From contig JAAILG010000762.1 in NCBI GenBank assembly GCA_012026655.1, forward strand, positions 1-64,000: a stretch of DNA of 64,000 nucleotides, in the 5' to 3' direction. Shown here piece after piece: positions 24,661 to 36,514 of this stretch. Origin of the DNA: Hydrolagus affinis (lineage: Eukaryota). Position numbers and translations under genes: made by a program. Each line of letters starts with the position of its first letter. Within the stretch, counting starts at the first letter, position 1. The notes beneath the pieces were generated by a model. That model had not been told where the DNA came from. It was given only the letters and a program-made list of their open reading frames with translations, and searched no databases.

Positions 24661-26543
24661 TGGAGATCAGAGATATGAAACACTTTTGACAAGGTATTTA
24701 GAAATTGAACTCCAAGACCACATGAATGAAAATACATATCCAGTATATGTAACACAATTGATACTGGCAGTAATTTAAGACAGCAATGCAATCTTGGGGT
24801 GCAATTGACAGTTGAAAACCACCTGCGCTTCACCCTCATAGTTTATAAAGTCATCCGATATGCTTGATTGGGTTACTGACTTATAATCATTTCCAGGTAT
24901 CCATTATTCTATGTTTTAATTTAAAGCAAACAGTCACTGATTGTTAATGAAGTGAATTGGAAAGGGCTGCATCTGAAATACATCACCAGTAACTCATCGT
25001 AGATAATAAGCTTTTAGTATGATTATAAACTAAGCTTAAAAACTTCCAAAGCTAAGAATTAAACATTCGCAGATCTGCTAGCACAGAGTCCTAAACATTA
25101 CAAGGCAATTAGGCACTGTCACCAAAGCAGTGCTTTTTTTTCACATATACATAGATTTCCTGTTTTGACTGGTAGTGTCCACATGTTTAATTTAGCCTGA
25201 CATAAAATATATGTTTCACAGAGACATTTGAAAAGTTGTACATTTGTAGAAGTACAAAATGTGTGGACTTCATTTTCAAAGTAGTTCCCAGAGGCAACAG
25301 GAAAAGAGAAAACTGTACATCCAAAACAGAAATACATAAGCCATTTGAGAATTCTGGCATTAGGGTTTGTCTTGCATGAATCAAGTGTACAGATATTTGT
25401 AAAGAAGGCATTTTAATTGGCAAAGAATCAATGGTAAAATCCATGATCAATGCAGATTTGGGCTTACTGTCTGAAATCCTGAACCTTTTATTGTTGTATA
25501 CTGTATTAGAGCTGTTACTGTCAAGCCAGGAAGCCTGCAGACAGCTGGTGGGGGAAATGGACAGACCTGTGAGATAATGGCAACAATCAATTCAAAGATC
25601 TGCATTAACTTGCCTTAATGGACCTCGGTGTCTGGTCTTAACACTTGGCCTTGGTAAACACATACTTTTGTATTGCCCCGTTTCCGTTTTGATCAGCGGG
25701 TATTTTTAAAATAAAGATATGCTTCAAGCCCTACGCATCTTGTTTATAAATGATAGTGGATGAGATAACAGTATATTTCTGAACAATTTCTTCTGCGTTT
25801 TTTGAAGCTGTTACACTCTTCATTCCTCCAAGTGTTAATTGTTTGAATACCGAACTGTCGGTTATGCTATTTCCATGACATCATTAGCCATCGATGTTTG
25901 CTCTCCTGAAGCATATAATTGTGGTCTTAGTGAAGCATGTTGAAGAAAGGTTAATGCGTAATCGTTCGATGGCTGGGGCAGATACTTCACTAATACATTG
26001 ACATGCTCAACAATACTTCAGAATACTCCACTGATTCTTCTCTGTACAATTTGATATAGAGCACATGCCAGTTAATTTTGAAGATGTAAATGTCTGCTTA
26101 GGTACATTCAGATGCCTGAGTTAGACTGCAGTAATACAGTGGATGGCAAGTATTCAGACTCATTGGAGAAATGAAAATCCTTAGACCTGGTCGAATACAT
26201 TGAACTTCAGCACGGAAATTATTTTTGAATGAAATATTAAAAATACATGAATATACTGATTAATTAAAATGCTGCGTTAAAAGCAAAGCATATTTTTTGC
26301 AATATAGTCAATTGTTCCTATTGAGCATATAATTTCCTTTTAAATATAAAATTACAATGATTAACATAAGTATCAGGAAAAGTACAGGAGCACCCCATTA
26401 TATCAACCTGCCTCAATTGGTACCACTCTCAAATTGGGTAACACATTTGTCTGCGGAATACACAGAAACTACACTTTACAATATGTTCTGTGAAGTGCTT
26501 TGTGAGGTCTTCCCAACATGAAGGATTATTATTACAATAACAC

Positions 26544-26727
26544 AGTCGCTGCTGATGGCATTTCCTGTGCAATGTGTGCAAGAAGTTCCATTGACATCAT
26601 TTTCTTTGTGAAGTGATGTCAGTGGCACTTGCTGCAGTCAGCACGAATCCACAGAACACAAGAAATGACGTTCGTATTGCTTCTTGCACAAAGTGTGCAT
26701 GTGCAGGAAGTGGCATCAGCAATGATC
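26544..26727. repeat. Multi-stem palindromic element (ancient MITE-like or structured RNA)
   Basis: Outer arms tgctgatggcatttcctg / caggaagtggcatcagca and tgtgcaagaag / cttcttgcaca, with an internal hairpin of about 21 bp at 26583-26630. Confidence 0.65.
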
Positions 26728-27339
26728 TGATACAGAAGTCGGCCATATTTTGACCATGGTAGCCAGTGATCAGCAGCAGAAGCTAGTACAGCAAGGGTAC
26801 ACACAATAGACCAGACCTGTGCTCCACCAGGGAATTTTCCAATAGGGCTGCCCTGTAGCTGGCCCACCTCAAACCACATAAACTGTGTCAGAGATTGAGC
26901 CAATGCTTTAATGTTCATAATAAAACCACACCATTGAGTTTTTTAGCACTATAAATGTAAGGCATAAGAAATGGGTTATGCAAAATCTGCTCAAACAATC
27001 ATTCTAGCTATACTTAATTTATAAAAATCTTAATCAGCACTCATCACAAGGGGTCACAATACTTGGTTAACTACATTCAAATTAAACTCTATTGCTTTTG
27101 TTTAAAGTACTTACATCAGCTAATCCAGTAATGCCTAAGAATTGAGTATATATTATAGAATCCAGTCTTAGATGTTCTCATAAACTAGCAGGTTTGGCAA
27201 CGGCAATATTGGTGGTGGTTGTAGGGGCAGGAGATAATTGTTCTCAGAATAAATGTTCCCCTAGAATAGATGCTCTCATTAACAATGTATGCTTTCATAG
27301 ATAGCGTAGCTGGCTGGAAAACCATTTTTATAACGTTAA

Positions 27340-28357
27340 AATAATAATCACTTGCATTTGTACAGCATTAGATTAACATCTTGGCATGATTTACACAAGT
27401 GGTGGTGAACACTGAGAAGGCTTGGGGATACATGGCTTGGGGATACAGGGGTGAGGGCACAGTAGGAGGAAGACTAGTTATGGTTGAAGAGGCAAGTTTT
27501 TTGTTGACGTTTGAAGGCAAATGAGTGGGGCCAATACTGAGGGTCTGAGGGAGTTCTAGAATGTGGGAGCAGAGTGAATAAAGGCTTGGTTGCTAACTCT
27601 GGGGCAGAGAAAGATGGGATATTTAGCAGTCCTGAGTTTGCCGATCAGAGGGGAGAGCAGGAGGGGGAATAAGGTCACAAAAGTAGTGAAGTATGAGAGG
27701 GTGATGGAATTTATAAATGTAAGTGAAGGTCTTAGAGTTGATCTGTTGTAAAATAGTGGAACTCTGTGAGATTAGGGCGATGGACATGCAAAGTTTCATT
27801 TGGGTATTGATCGGGGGTTAGGGTTGTAAATGAGTTAGAAGGGTGGATGGTGGAGATTGGGAGGCCCAGAGAGGAGGATTGGAAAAGTTGAATCTGGAGA
27901 TAACGAAGGTGTGAATGCAGACTTCAGCAGTGTTGGACGTGAGATAGAAGCAGACGCAACGATGTAGTGAAGTAGTTTTGGTCGGGGATAGGATATATAA
28001 TATATAATAATCCTTGCATTTGATATAGCGCTTTTCACATCTTATCAACATCTCAAAGCGCTTCACAAAATATACTGTAAAGTGAATTGACTGTATATTT
28101 TGTGGGCGAAATGCAGCAGACAATTGCACACAGCAGCGTCCCACAAACAGTCATGGATTTAAATGACCAATTTTATTATTGTGGTTTTTTTGGAGGGATT
28201 ATTATTAGGTGTGTGGAGTAAGGAAACTTGCCCAAGGTTTCGCCCTGACCTGCCTGGATTCAAACAGGTCTCATGCTTGTAAGGTGAATGCTCTAACCAC
28301 TGAGCTACAGGACCTCCACAGGATGTGAGGGAAGATAGAGAGCTAAGAGTTGAATAC
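27340..28357 (-). mobile_element. L2 fragment interrupted by a SINE
   Basis: Minus translation [19 protein letters not shown] (L2 SRLDYCN-like); L2 resumes after the SINE with aggatgtgagggaag. Confidence 0.8.
28005..28319 (-). mobile_element. Full-length tRNA-SINE, short form
   Basis: Complete antisense head (gctctaaccactgagctacaggacctccac), body and tail; possible 5-bp TSD aggat at 27990-27994 and 28320-28324. Confidence 0.9.
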
Positions 28358-29369
28358 ATTTACAAACTGATCTATTTTGAGACACACCCAATACACAAGC
28401 AGTCAAACAGAGCGAACAACAAGTCAAAGCATGTGATGAAAATCAGAAAGAAGAACATCTTTGGTCACAATTGGCGACAACATTCTTTCAGAATTTATTG
28501 TGCTCTGTCCTTAAGAAATCCCCTAATTGCTTTGTTAATCTGACTGACATTTTAAAGAATGGATAAAAATTTAAATGTAATTATAATGTTATGATGTATC
28601 CTTGAATGAGAAGTCAATATTCTTAGTCATTGAACGAGGTTGGGAATCTATAAGGGAGTCTCTCTTCCCCAGGGTGTGGTGAGCTTTAGAAGTGTAAACT
28701 GAAACTTTTGAAATGTGACTTGAAATCCAGGGATCTACTCTTAAGTCACGCCAGGGACTTTTTGTTTTGAAACCCTTTGAGAGTTGAAAGGAATAAACCT
28801 ATCTCTCCTCAGACAATATCCCTGAAACATTAACTCTGGGCCTTACATGTGGGGATGATAAAAACAGGATGTGAATATTCAGGATAGGAAACAATGAAGT
28901 GGTTTGAGAACAGTGTCCAGTTGGCTTGTAAATCACAGGAGTCAGGATTGCCATTTGGGATGTAATTCCCCTGCATTATAGAAGATCCTTGGTGAATGCA
29001 CATTTAATCAAGCTACAGACCTTTTAGTAAACCGTGCTCCCTGATTTTTGACAACTTAAAGCTGAAACATCTCTACTAGCCTTTGTGAAGCAATTTTAAA
29101 TCTATGGTGAAAAAGTACAAATAAAAAAACAAAGGCCTGTCGTGAATGGAACCTGGCCTTTGTGCATTGCCTGGGGTGGTAGTTTTCTTTAAAGAAAATA
29201 TTTTAAACTTTGAGCCTACTTCAATCTTATTGGCATCTATTGTTAGGAACTTGGTGAACCTTGTTCTGTGAGTGTATGTCATACCTTGCATTTATATAGC
29301 GTCCCTCTCGCAGGGCAGTGTCCCAGAGCGCTTAAAATGTCCAAGCCTCACGTCAAGACTTGAGCCTAA

Positions 29370-29772
29370 TTAAAGTCTAGACAGTGCAGTGCAAGCTCTA
29401 ATGTTGAAGGTGCTGTCTTTCAGATGAGACATGACCTAATATTCCCAACTGGTTAATGTTAAAGATGCCTTGACACTGTTCAAAAAAAGAAGGGAGTTCC
29501 TCCTGGCATTGTGGCTTTCAAATCTCCGGATTCATTGGTCATTCAGATGACTGAGGCAACTTGATGTCACAAATAGTTGCCGTATATCACTGAGGAGAGT
29601 CACAACTCTATCATCACCACCTCTCTATCTGTCTTTACATCCCTCCTAAAATACCTCTTTGACTTTGCCGATGGTCACCTCCACCTTCCTACTCACTCAG
29701 TGTTTAATTCCATCATTTTAAAGCACTTTGAAACGTTATTCTACATGAAGGATGCTATGTAAATGCAAGTTG
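29370..29772 (+). mobile_element. DeuSINE fragment (29370-29590) followed by an L2 3' end (29600-29772)
   Basis: aggtgctgtctttcagatgagacat...gttaaagatgccttgacactgttc; then ctcctaaaatacctctttgac...gctatgtaaatgcaagttg. Confidence 0.7.
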
Positions 29773-31410
29773 TATTTCAACGTCATAGAGTGAGATAAAA
29801 ATGCAAGTTCCTTCTTTAACAGTAAACCACTTTAATTAGGTTCAGATGAAGAACCAAGTTTAGAGTAGCTTTAAAATTCAGGTCATGCACGTCTTCAGCT
29901 TTCAGCAGAGGAATACTGCAGAGCATAAGTGTCTCAATAGCACAGGCTTCATGCGACACGTTGGCATAACATTCTGTGTTTAATAATGTTTTGAAATGAA
30001 TGTTCTGGCCGAGGAAAAGGATAAAGGGAGCAATCATAAAGAACATGACTAGCATGTAAACACTTCCTGCGGATGAGCCTATTAGACGTCTGGAGCAGCC
30101 AGTCAAATAGAAAATAAACTACTTTAGATTTTCTAGGTGATGGGAAAATGGGTTATTAGCTATTAAAGTAGACAAATGCAGAATGTCACTGTTACCCAGG
30201 TATTGTCACATCTGAAAAAGCGATTTAAAAAGCAAAAGACAAGGAGGAAAATTCCAAATATTTAGATGTCAAACCATTTGTTCTTTCTTAGTGCCTGAAC
30301 TAAATGCCTGAACTCACATCCAGGCAGCAGCATTTTAAGCAGCACCATACTTAACTGCCAGCAGTAAATGAATTCACCCAAATAAAAGTTAGCGGGAATT
30401 ATTAAAAATCTACTACTCAGAGGGATGTAAATAATGCTAATACAGTATATTCTCATGGTGCTAAAGATTACAAAATTAAAGCTACCATATCTTATGAAAG
30501 CCGTTCTGTTTATTTTAGCCAAACTATTCCTAAAATTTAAAGATGCTTTCTTTGGCACAGAGTCGTCAGTGCTGTGACAACAGAAGGCAAAGACGGGCAT
30601 GGATTATGATATGTAAGAAAGCCAACAGAGTTTCCGAATTTCCACGAATGTCACAGTACCCAGGACGTGGATTAATGACATTAACTGGGTGGCGGTGAAA
30701 TCCTATACACAAAGGTCCAAAGAACAGAAGCAGATTAACAAGGCAACCAATAAATTGTTCCACAAATGAATTCAATGAGTATGCAGAAATTCAAAGGTGC
30801 CGATAAAAACATTTACAGGGCTTGTGCACATGATCAGAAAGCTACAACTACTACAACACCAGGCTAAAGATAACTGCTAGTTCTACCCCAACATCCCACA
30901 ATTTTCAGGAGAATATGTACCTGATAAAAATATATATATTTTATCAAATACGTATCCATCTTTATACTATAATATAATATTATAATTGAATAATATTATA
31001 TTATAATATAAAGGAGTCTACTGACACCAGAATTTATGGATACAGTCGCATTGGATAAAGTTGTGAAACAATTTATTTGGATAAAGTTGGTTTCCTTGTT
31101 AATCTGCTTCTGTTCATTCACCCTATTTGTGAACAACCAAAAGCTCGTCTTCACCATGCCATTGTTCTGGGTTGAATGATTTTGAAAGATTGACTGACAT
31201 TTCAAGGCCAACATCCAGTTCTTCTGTGACTGAAGTAAGTTATTTAATTATGTCTTAAAATGTAAAATATATTCTGCTTCAACCAAGATTCCAAATAGGG
31301 ATATTCCACATCCTAACAACTCATTGTAAAAACAATATTGGGAAAATAAAGAGGTAGAGCAATAGAAAACATAGCAAAAAGTGATCTGGAGAGATGATAG
31401 AAAGTGTAGG

Positions 31411-31612
31411 TTAAGAGACAGTTAAGTGAACTAAGTGGACAGGGTAGAGATGGATGATCTGGCACTCAGGTCCGGCGCAGTGAGTGATCGAGGTTGCACT
31501 GTAAGTGCTTGGACAATAATTGTTGTGGGATTGCTCCCATGACAATAAACTACTAATGACATAAACCATCATTTCAGACCACACTATGGTACAAATTAAC
31601 TTATTGCGGCAC
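31411..31612. mobile_element. Eulor4-like ancient conserved repeat with hairpin
   Basis: ttaagagacagttaag...gatctggcactcaggtccggcgc...tgtaagtgcttggacaataattgttgtgggattgctcccatgacaataa. The 12-bp hairpin at 31519-31546 is directly visible; the family name is from memory of the consensus. Confidence 0.55.
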
Positions 31613-32085
31613 AAAACAAATTCAGGTGTTGGTGCTGGGATTACTTTTCTGCGACTATAATGTTGACAGATCTAAAAACATTATATTTTAATAATTTATC
31701 AGGAAGCTAAATCTCTTAAGTCTCTTAACTCTGTGACTCATTGTGACTGTAAAATATTACAAACATAAATTAATCTTTACATTGGAGCCTTGCTCCCTGC
31801 TTCATTTCCCCATTTGACAGATCAAGGGAAGACTGCAGGATGTGGAAGTGAAGGAAGGAGTGGCTTGCTTTTGCCAGGTCTTACCATTTACACTCTTGTG
31901 ATATCTATAGTGCTAATGACCTATGAAGCAAGAAAAATCATCATCCCACAAAATCTTACCTGTTTCAATGGGGGAGCCATCAACTGACTTGGTGAGTCCC
32001 AGAGGAGAAGGGTAAGTCACCTGAAGCCACTTTTACTCAACCATAAGCAATCTTATAATGTAATAATCCTTACATTTGATATGGC

Positions 32086-32474
32086 AGATCAGGGCGAAAC
32101 CTTGGGCAAGTTTCCTTGCTCCACACGCCTAATAATAAAATTGGTCATTTCAATGTTTGTGGGACATTGCTGTGCGCAATTGGCTGCCCCGTTTCGCCCA
32201 TAAATATACAGTCAATTCACTTTACTGTATATTCTGTGAAGCGCTTTGAGACATCGATAAATTGTGAAAAGCGCTATATCAAATGCATGGATTATTATTA
32301 GTAGTATTATTATCTTATCACGTTGACTAATAACCAAGTTTCTAGTTCCTACTAGGTAAATAGAAACATATGGAGTAAGGAAACTTGCCTAAGGTTTTGC
32401 CATGCCCAGAAATTGAGTTTGGGTCATCTCGTTTGCGAGGCGAGTGCTCTTACCACTATGCTACAGGACATCAC
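32086..32474. mobile_element. SINE (+, 32086-32300) and SINE head with CORE (-, 32325-32474)
   Basis: gggcgaaaccttgggcaagtttcc...aaatgcatggattattatt; then antisense ctaggtaaatagaa...ggagtaaggaaacttgcc...ctcttaccactatgctacagga. Confidence 0.85.
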
Positions 32475-33035
32475 TCTTATATTTTAGGAGTCGAAGCAAT
32501 TAGAAATGAGACCAGAAAATGAGACACAGAGGGCTATGAAAATGTGGAATGCACTGCTCTAGAAGTTTGCAAATCAATTGGGGTGTTTGTAAGGTAAATG
32601 CCCTAATTCCTGAGAAACAAGGGCTGTGACAGAAAAACAGGGAAATGAGATAAACAATCAGTCATAGTCTCAAAATAGAGACCGGCTGAGATGGCACATC
32701 ACATTACTGTGTTTACGAGGTCAATCTAGACTCTGGGCCAATTTCTCCTCCAGATTTAGTAGCTTCCTCTTCCCCACAGCTTCCCAAAATACTCTCTCCC
32801 TGATTGTTTGTGGGATATTGATGTGTGAAATTGGCTGCCGCGTTTCGCCCACAACATATACAGTCAACCCACTTTACAGTGTACAGTATTCTACACTTTC
32901 AGATGTTTTAACGACATTACGGATGATATCAAATGCAAGCATTATTGGTATATTATAATAAACTTTGAAGCAAGCTCAATACACTGACTAGCCTCCTCCT
33001 GTTCATTCCTAAGACACAGAATGTTGCATAACAAG

Positions 33036-33630
33036 ACAAACAACAACAACAAAATTACATTATATAAATCTTTTCACATCGGTGGGACGTCCCGAGGCGC
33101 TGGCCAGTCAATATTTTGGCCCTGAGCTGGAGCGGTTTTGGGGAGGGTGGAAGGAAAATTTGGAGTGACTAATGGGACCATCGAGGAAGGTCTTGATGCG
33201 GGACTTGATGGAGGCTAGGGAGGGGGCAAGAGGTAGGGCTTTGAAGGGAGGTCCAGGATCTTGAATTGATTCCTGTGGGTGATTGCTCTATAACTGTAAT
33301 TTTGTTGTTATTTTGTTGTGATGGGGAGCCAATAGAGTCAGGTGAGACTGGGGGAGATGGGATCATGGAGCTTGGAGATCAAAGAGCTTCACAGAATATA
33401 CTATCAAGCGAATTGACTGTATATTTGTGGGCGAAACTCGGCAGCCAATTATGCACATCAGTGTCCCACAAATAGTTGTGGATTGAGTGATCAAAGTATT
33501 ATTGTCTTCTTTTAAAGGATTATTATTAGGTGTGTGGAGCAAGGAAACTTGCCCAAGGTTTCTTCCTCCTTGGAATCAAGGCCTCTTGCTTGTAAGGCAA
33601 GTGCTTTAACCACTGAGCTACAGGACTCCA
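33036..33630 (-). mobile_element. L2 3' end (33036-33380) and tRNA-SINE lacking its tail tip (33381-33630)
   Basis: (CAA)n tail with antisense L2 3' UTR; antisense SINE body and head ending in cactgagctacaggactcca. Confidence 0.85.
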
Positions 33631-33850
33631 TTAGGGAAGTCTAGGTCCACCGAGTCCTAAATAGTTTTAGTTTCATCATTCATTTTGTAAATGCAGTGTG
33701 CCCCACTCCATTGGGGTGTAAACCACTAACTTGGACAGTTCGCGCATTACAGAGATTCAACACTTTATGTCACACTCAAAAAGATACATGATATAAGGTT
33801 AATCTCCTCAGAGGAAAAAACGTTTTCAGTGAAGAGGGACCAAACTATAA

Positions 33851-34906
33851 GAACAACAACAACTTGGATTTATTTCATGCCCTCCATGCAGGACGGCATC
33901 TCAGAGCGCTTCACAATAATGAAACCTGAGTCTGAGCAATGGGCAGGGGGAAAAGGGTGACCGAAGGCGCGGTTGAAAAGAAAGGTCTTCAGCTGAGACC
34001 TGAAACTAGGAAGAGAGGGGGCAAGGTGAAGGGAGTGAGGAAGGGAGTTCCAGAGTTTCAGGGCATAGTGGCTGAAGGCACGGCCACCGATGATGGAGAT
34101 GAGGATTCGGGGGACAAGGAGGAGACCAGAATCGGAGGAACGAAAGCAATGAGTGCTGTGTTGGGGAGAGAGGAAATCAGAGAGGTAAGGGAGTGCAGAG
34201 GAGTGGAAAGATTTGAAAACAAGAGTGAGGATCTTGAAATCGATCCTCTCCGGGACAGGGAGCCAGTGAAGTCTGGCAAGGACTGCGGTAATCAGGGAGT
34301 AAAGTTTGGTGTGGGTGAGAACACGGGCGGCAGAGTTCTGAATGAACTGGATTTTATGGATTGTGGTGGAGGGGAGACCAGTGAGGAGTGCATTTGCATA
34401 GTCCAGCCAAGAGGTGACAAAGGCATGGACCAGAGTTCAGCAGCTTTTGGGGCAAGGTATTGCTGGAGACAGGCAATACGTCACAGGTGGAAAAAAGCAG
34501 TGCTGGTGAGAGACCGGATGTAGGGAAGGAAGGACAGTTGGGGGTTGAACCTGACACCAAGGTTGCGTACCGGTTCAGAGAGTGTTAGGGGCAGGTTGGG
34601 TAGGTGGAATAGGTGAGAGCCGTGTGACTGAAGACGATGACGAGAGCCAAAGAGTATGGCTTCCGTTTTGTCAACATTCAGCTGCAGGAAATTCGCACTC
34701 ATCCAGCTCCTAATGTCTGACAGGCAGGCTGACAGAACATGAAGGGACTGGGGGTCGCAAAGTGAGGTGGAAAATAGAGTTGGGTGTCATTCGCATACAT
34801 GTGGAAGTGAATCCCATGTCTATGGATGACATCACCAAGAGGGAGCATATAGATTAGGAAGAGGAGGGGTCCAAGGATGGATCCTTGGGGTACCCCACAG
34901 TAACCA
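33851..34906 (-). pseudogene. 5'-truncated L2 LINE, about 1.05 kb, with reverse transcriptase C-terminal half (inactive)
   Basis: Minus strand encodes [41 protein letters not shown] (YADD changed to YAND), then [19 protein letters not shown]...VRNLGVRFNPQLSF...AFFHL*, with stops and a frameshift; 3' (TTG)n tail at 33851. Confidence 0.93.
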
Positions 34907-35944
34907 GGTGAATATAAATATATACAACTATATATAAATTCATATATTTATGAGTTCAAATAACTCAACCATAAAGTAAATATACGGTGATATAATGTTA
35001 AAACAGAAAAACAACAACAGTTTGCATTTATATAACTCCCTTCATGTAGGATAACATAACAGAGCTGGATGCTTAACTAGGAAAAAGTGGGATGGCGATC
35101 TAGGGAGTTCCAGAGATTGGGAACATAAGGACTGAAGGTTTGGCCATCAAAGTTAGTTTTCTTGAACATGGAATAAATTGAAGCTGCCACACATGAAGCA
35201 ATAATGTGTCACCCCCAGTTTATGCATAATCTGCTCCTGTAAAACACTTGTAGAATTTGCCAGTGCCTTGGGACATCCTCCCGATATAAAAGGTGCTATA
35301 CAAATGTAATTTTGTTGTTGTTGTTGTTGCTGCTGCTGGGTACACATATTCCTTATTAGAACTTACCATTACCTAGACATAAAATATTGCACTGTAAAGA
35401 TGTGATAGTCACTACAATAACAACTTGCATTTATATAGCGCCCCTCACACAGGTATCGTTTACATGGGAAGAATATACCAGGGTCAGAATATACTACACT
35501 TTATACAAATGTACAATTTTATAGTATATTCTGTGAAATATTTATAGACATTCTCCTGACGTGAAAGGGGTTACATCAAATTTAAGATTATTGTTATTAT
35601 TAAACTTTTAATAAGAAATATTGATTCACTAGCTGTGTAACTAGCCTGGAAAATGCTTTGGGTATTATTTGAAAAAATACCTTCCATTTATATTGCATTT
35701 TTTATAGTGCATTCCATATGTTTCAAATGACTCAAAGAGATTTACAAACTAATTATTGATACAATCAATAAAGTAAATGCTATATAGGTAAAAGCCGCAA
35801 CGTCATGTACTACATTTATGGTCCCACTGCATTCATTGTCCTTGGATTACTATATTTTCTGCTGTTTGCATAAGCCTGAAACATCATCAGCTCACTCAAC
35901 TTCAGTTTGAGCCCACCTTTCTGAGAAGAGATCTCCAAACACCC

Positions 35945-36250
35945 CATTACCCTCATTATGGCAGTTAGGTTAGCAATTAATGTTGATCACTATCTAAGCC
36001 AAGACAATTGCTCCTTATTATCCGTAATTACGAGTGACGCACCAGCCTACAATTAATGGACAAATACACTCATTCCACACAGAGCACCGGTCAGAGGTGA
36101 ATAATCTCTATTCAGATGAGCGCTTACCTGCTCCTTCTTAAACCTAACAAGTTCCTTCTGTCGGTTCCATCAGCAGCCGTTTTCTACTTAAGTGCCTTCT
36201 CTTTAATTACCCGCAAGTTGTTACAAGGGAAAAGGCTACAGTCAGCTGCT
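35945..36250. promoter_or_regulatory. Candidate conserved non-coding element (enhancer-like)
   Basis: Unique sequence with retained CpGs, clustered TAAT/ATTA homeodomain sites including the palindrome CGTAATTACG (36023-36032), and ACAAT Sox-type motifs. Confidence 0.35.
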
Positions 36251-36251
36251 T

Positions 36252-36496
36252 GTAATACTACAATTAGGTTAGCTGATTCTAAAACAAGCAGGGCAACAGA
36301 GTGGATTTAATTTATTAATGGCATAAAGAAATATTATACGATATCCCAATATATTGGCATAGGAAGTGGAAAGAGAAGGCAAGATTCCTTAAGAGACTTT
36401 TTGGAGGTGGGTATATATGTGCAAGACACATATATGGAAGCCCATCACAATACTTACAAGTTGTTTTAGAATCAGCTAACCTAATTGTAGTATTAC
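36252..36496. repeat. Perfect 36-bp inverted repeat with 173-bp spacer
   Basis: gtaatactacaattaggttagctgattctaaaacaa (36252-36287) and its exact reverse complement (36461-36496). Confidence 0.95.
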
Positions 36497-36514
36497 TTCC
36501 AAGTTTCCAAACTG

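Noticed and set aside
33939-34523. Longest ORF in the track (194 aa, + strand)
   Set aside because: Antisense shadow of the minus-strand L2 ORF2; no independent gene signals.
35153-35347. Poly-Q ORFs (also 43272-43616)
   Set aside because: Translation of the (CAA)n/(TTG)n L2 tails.
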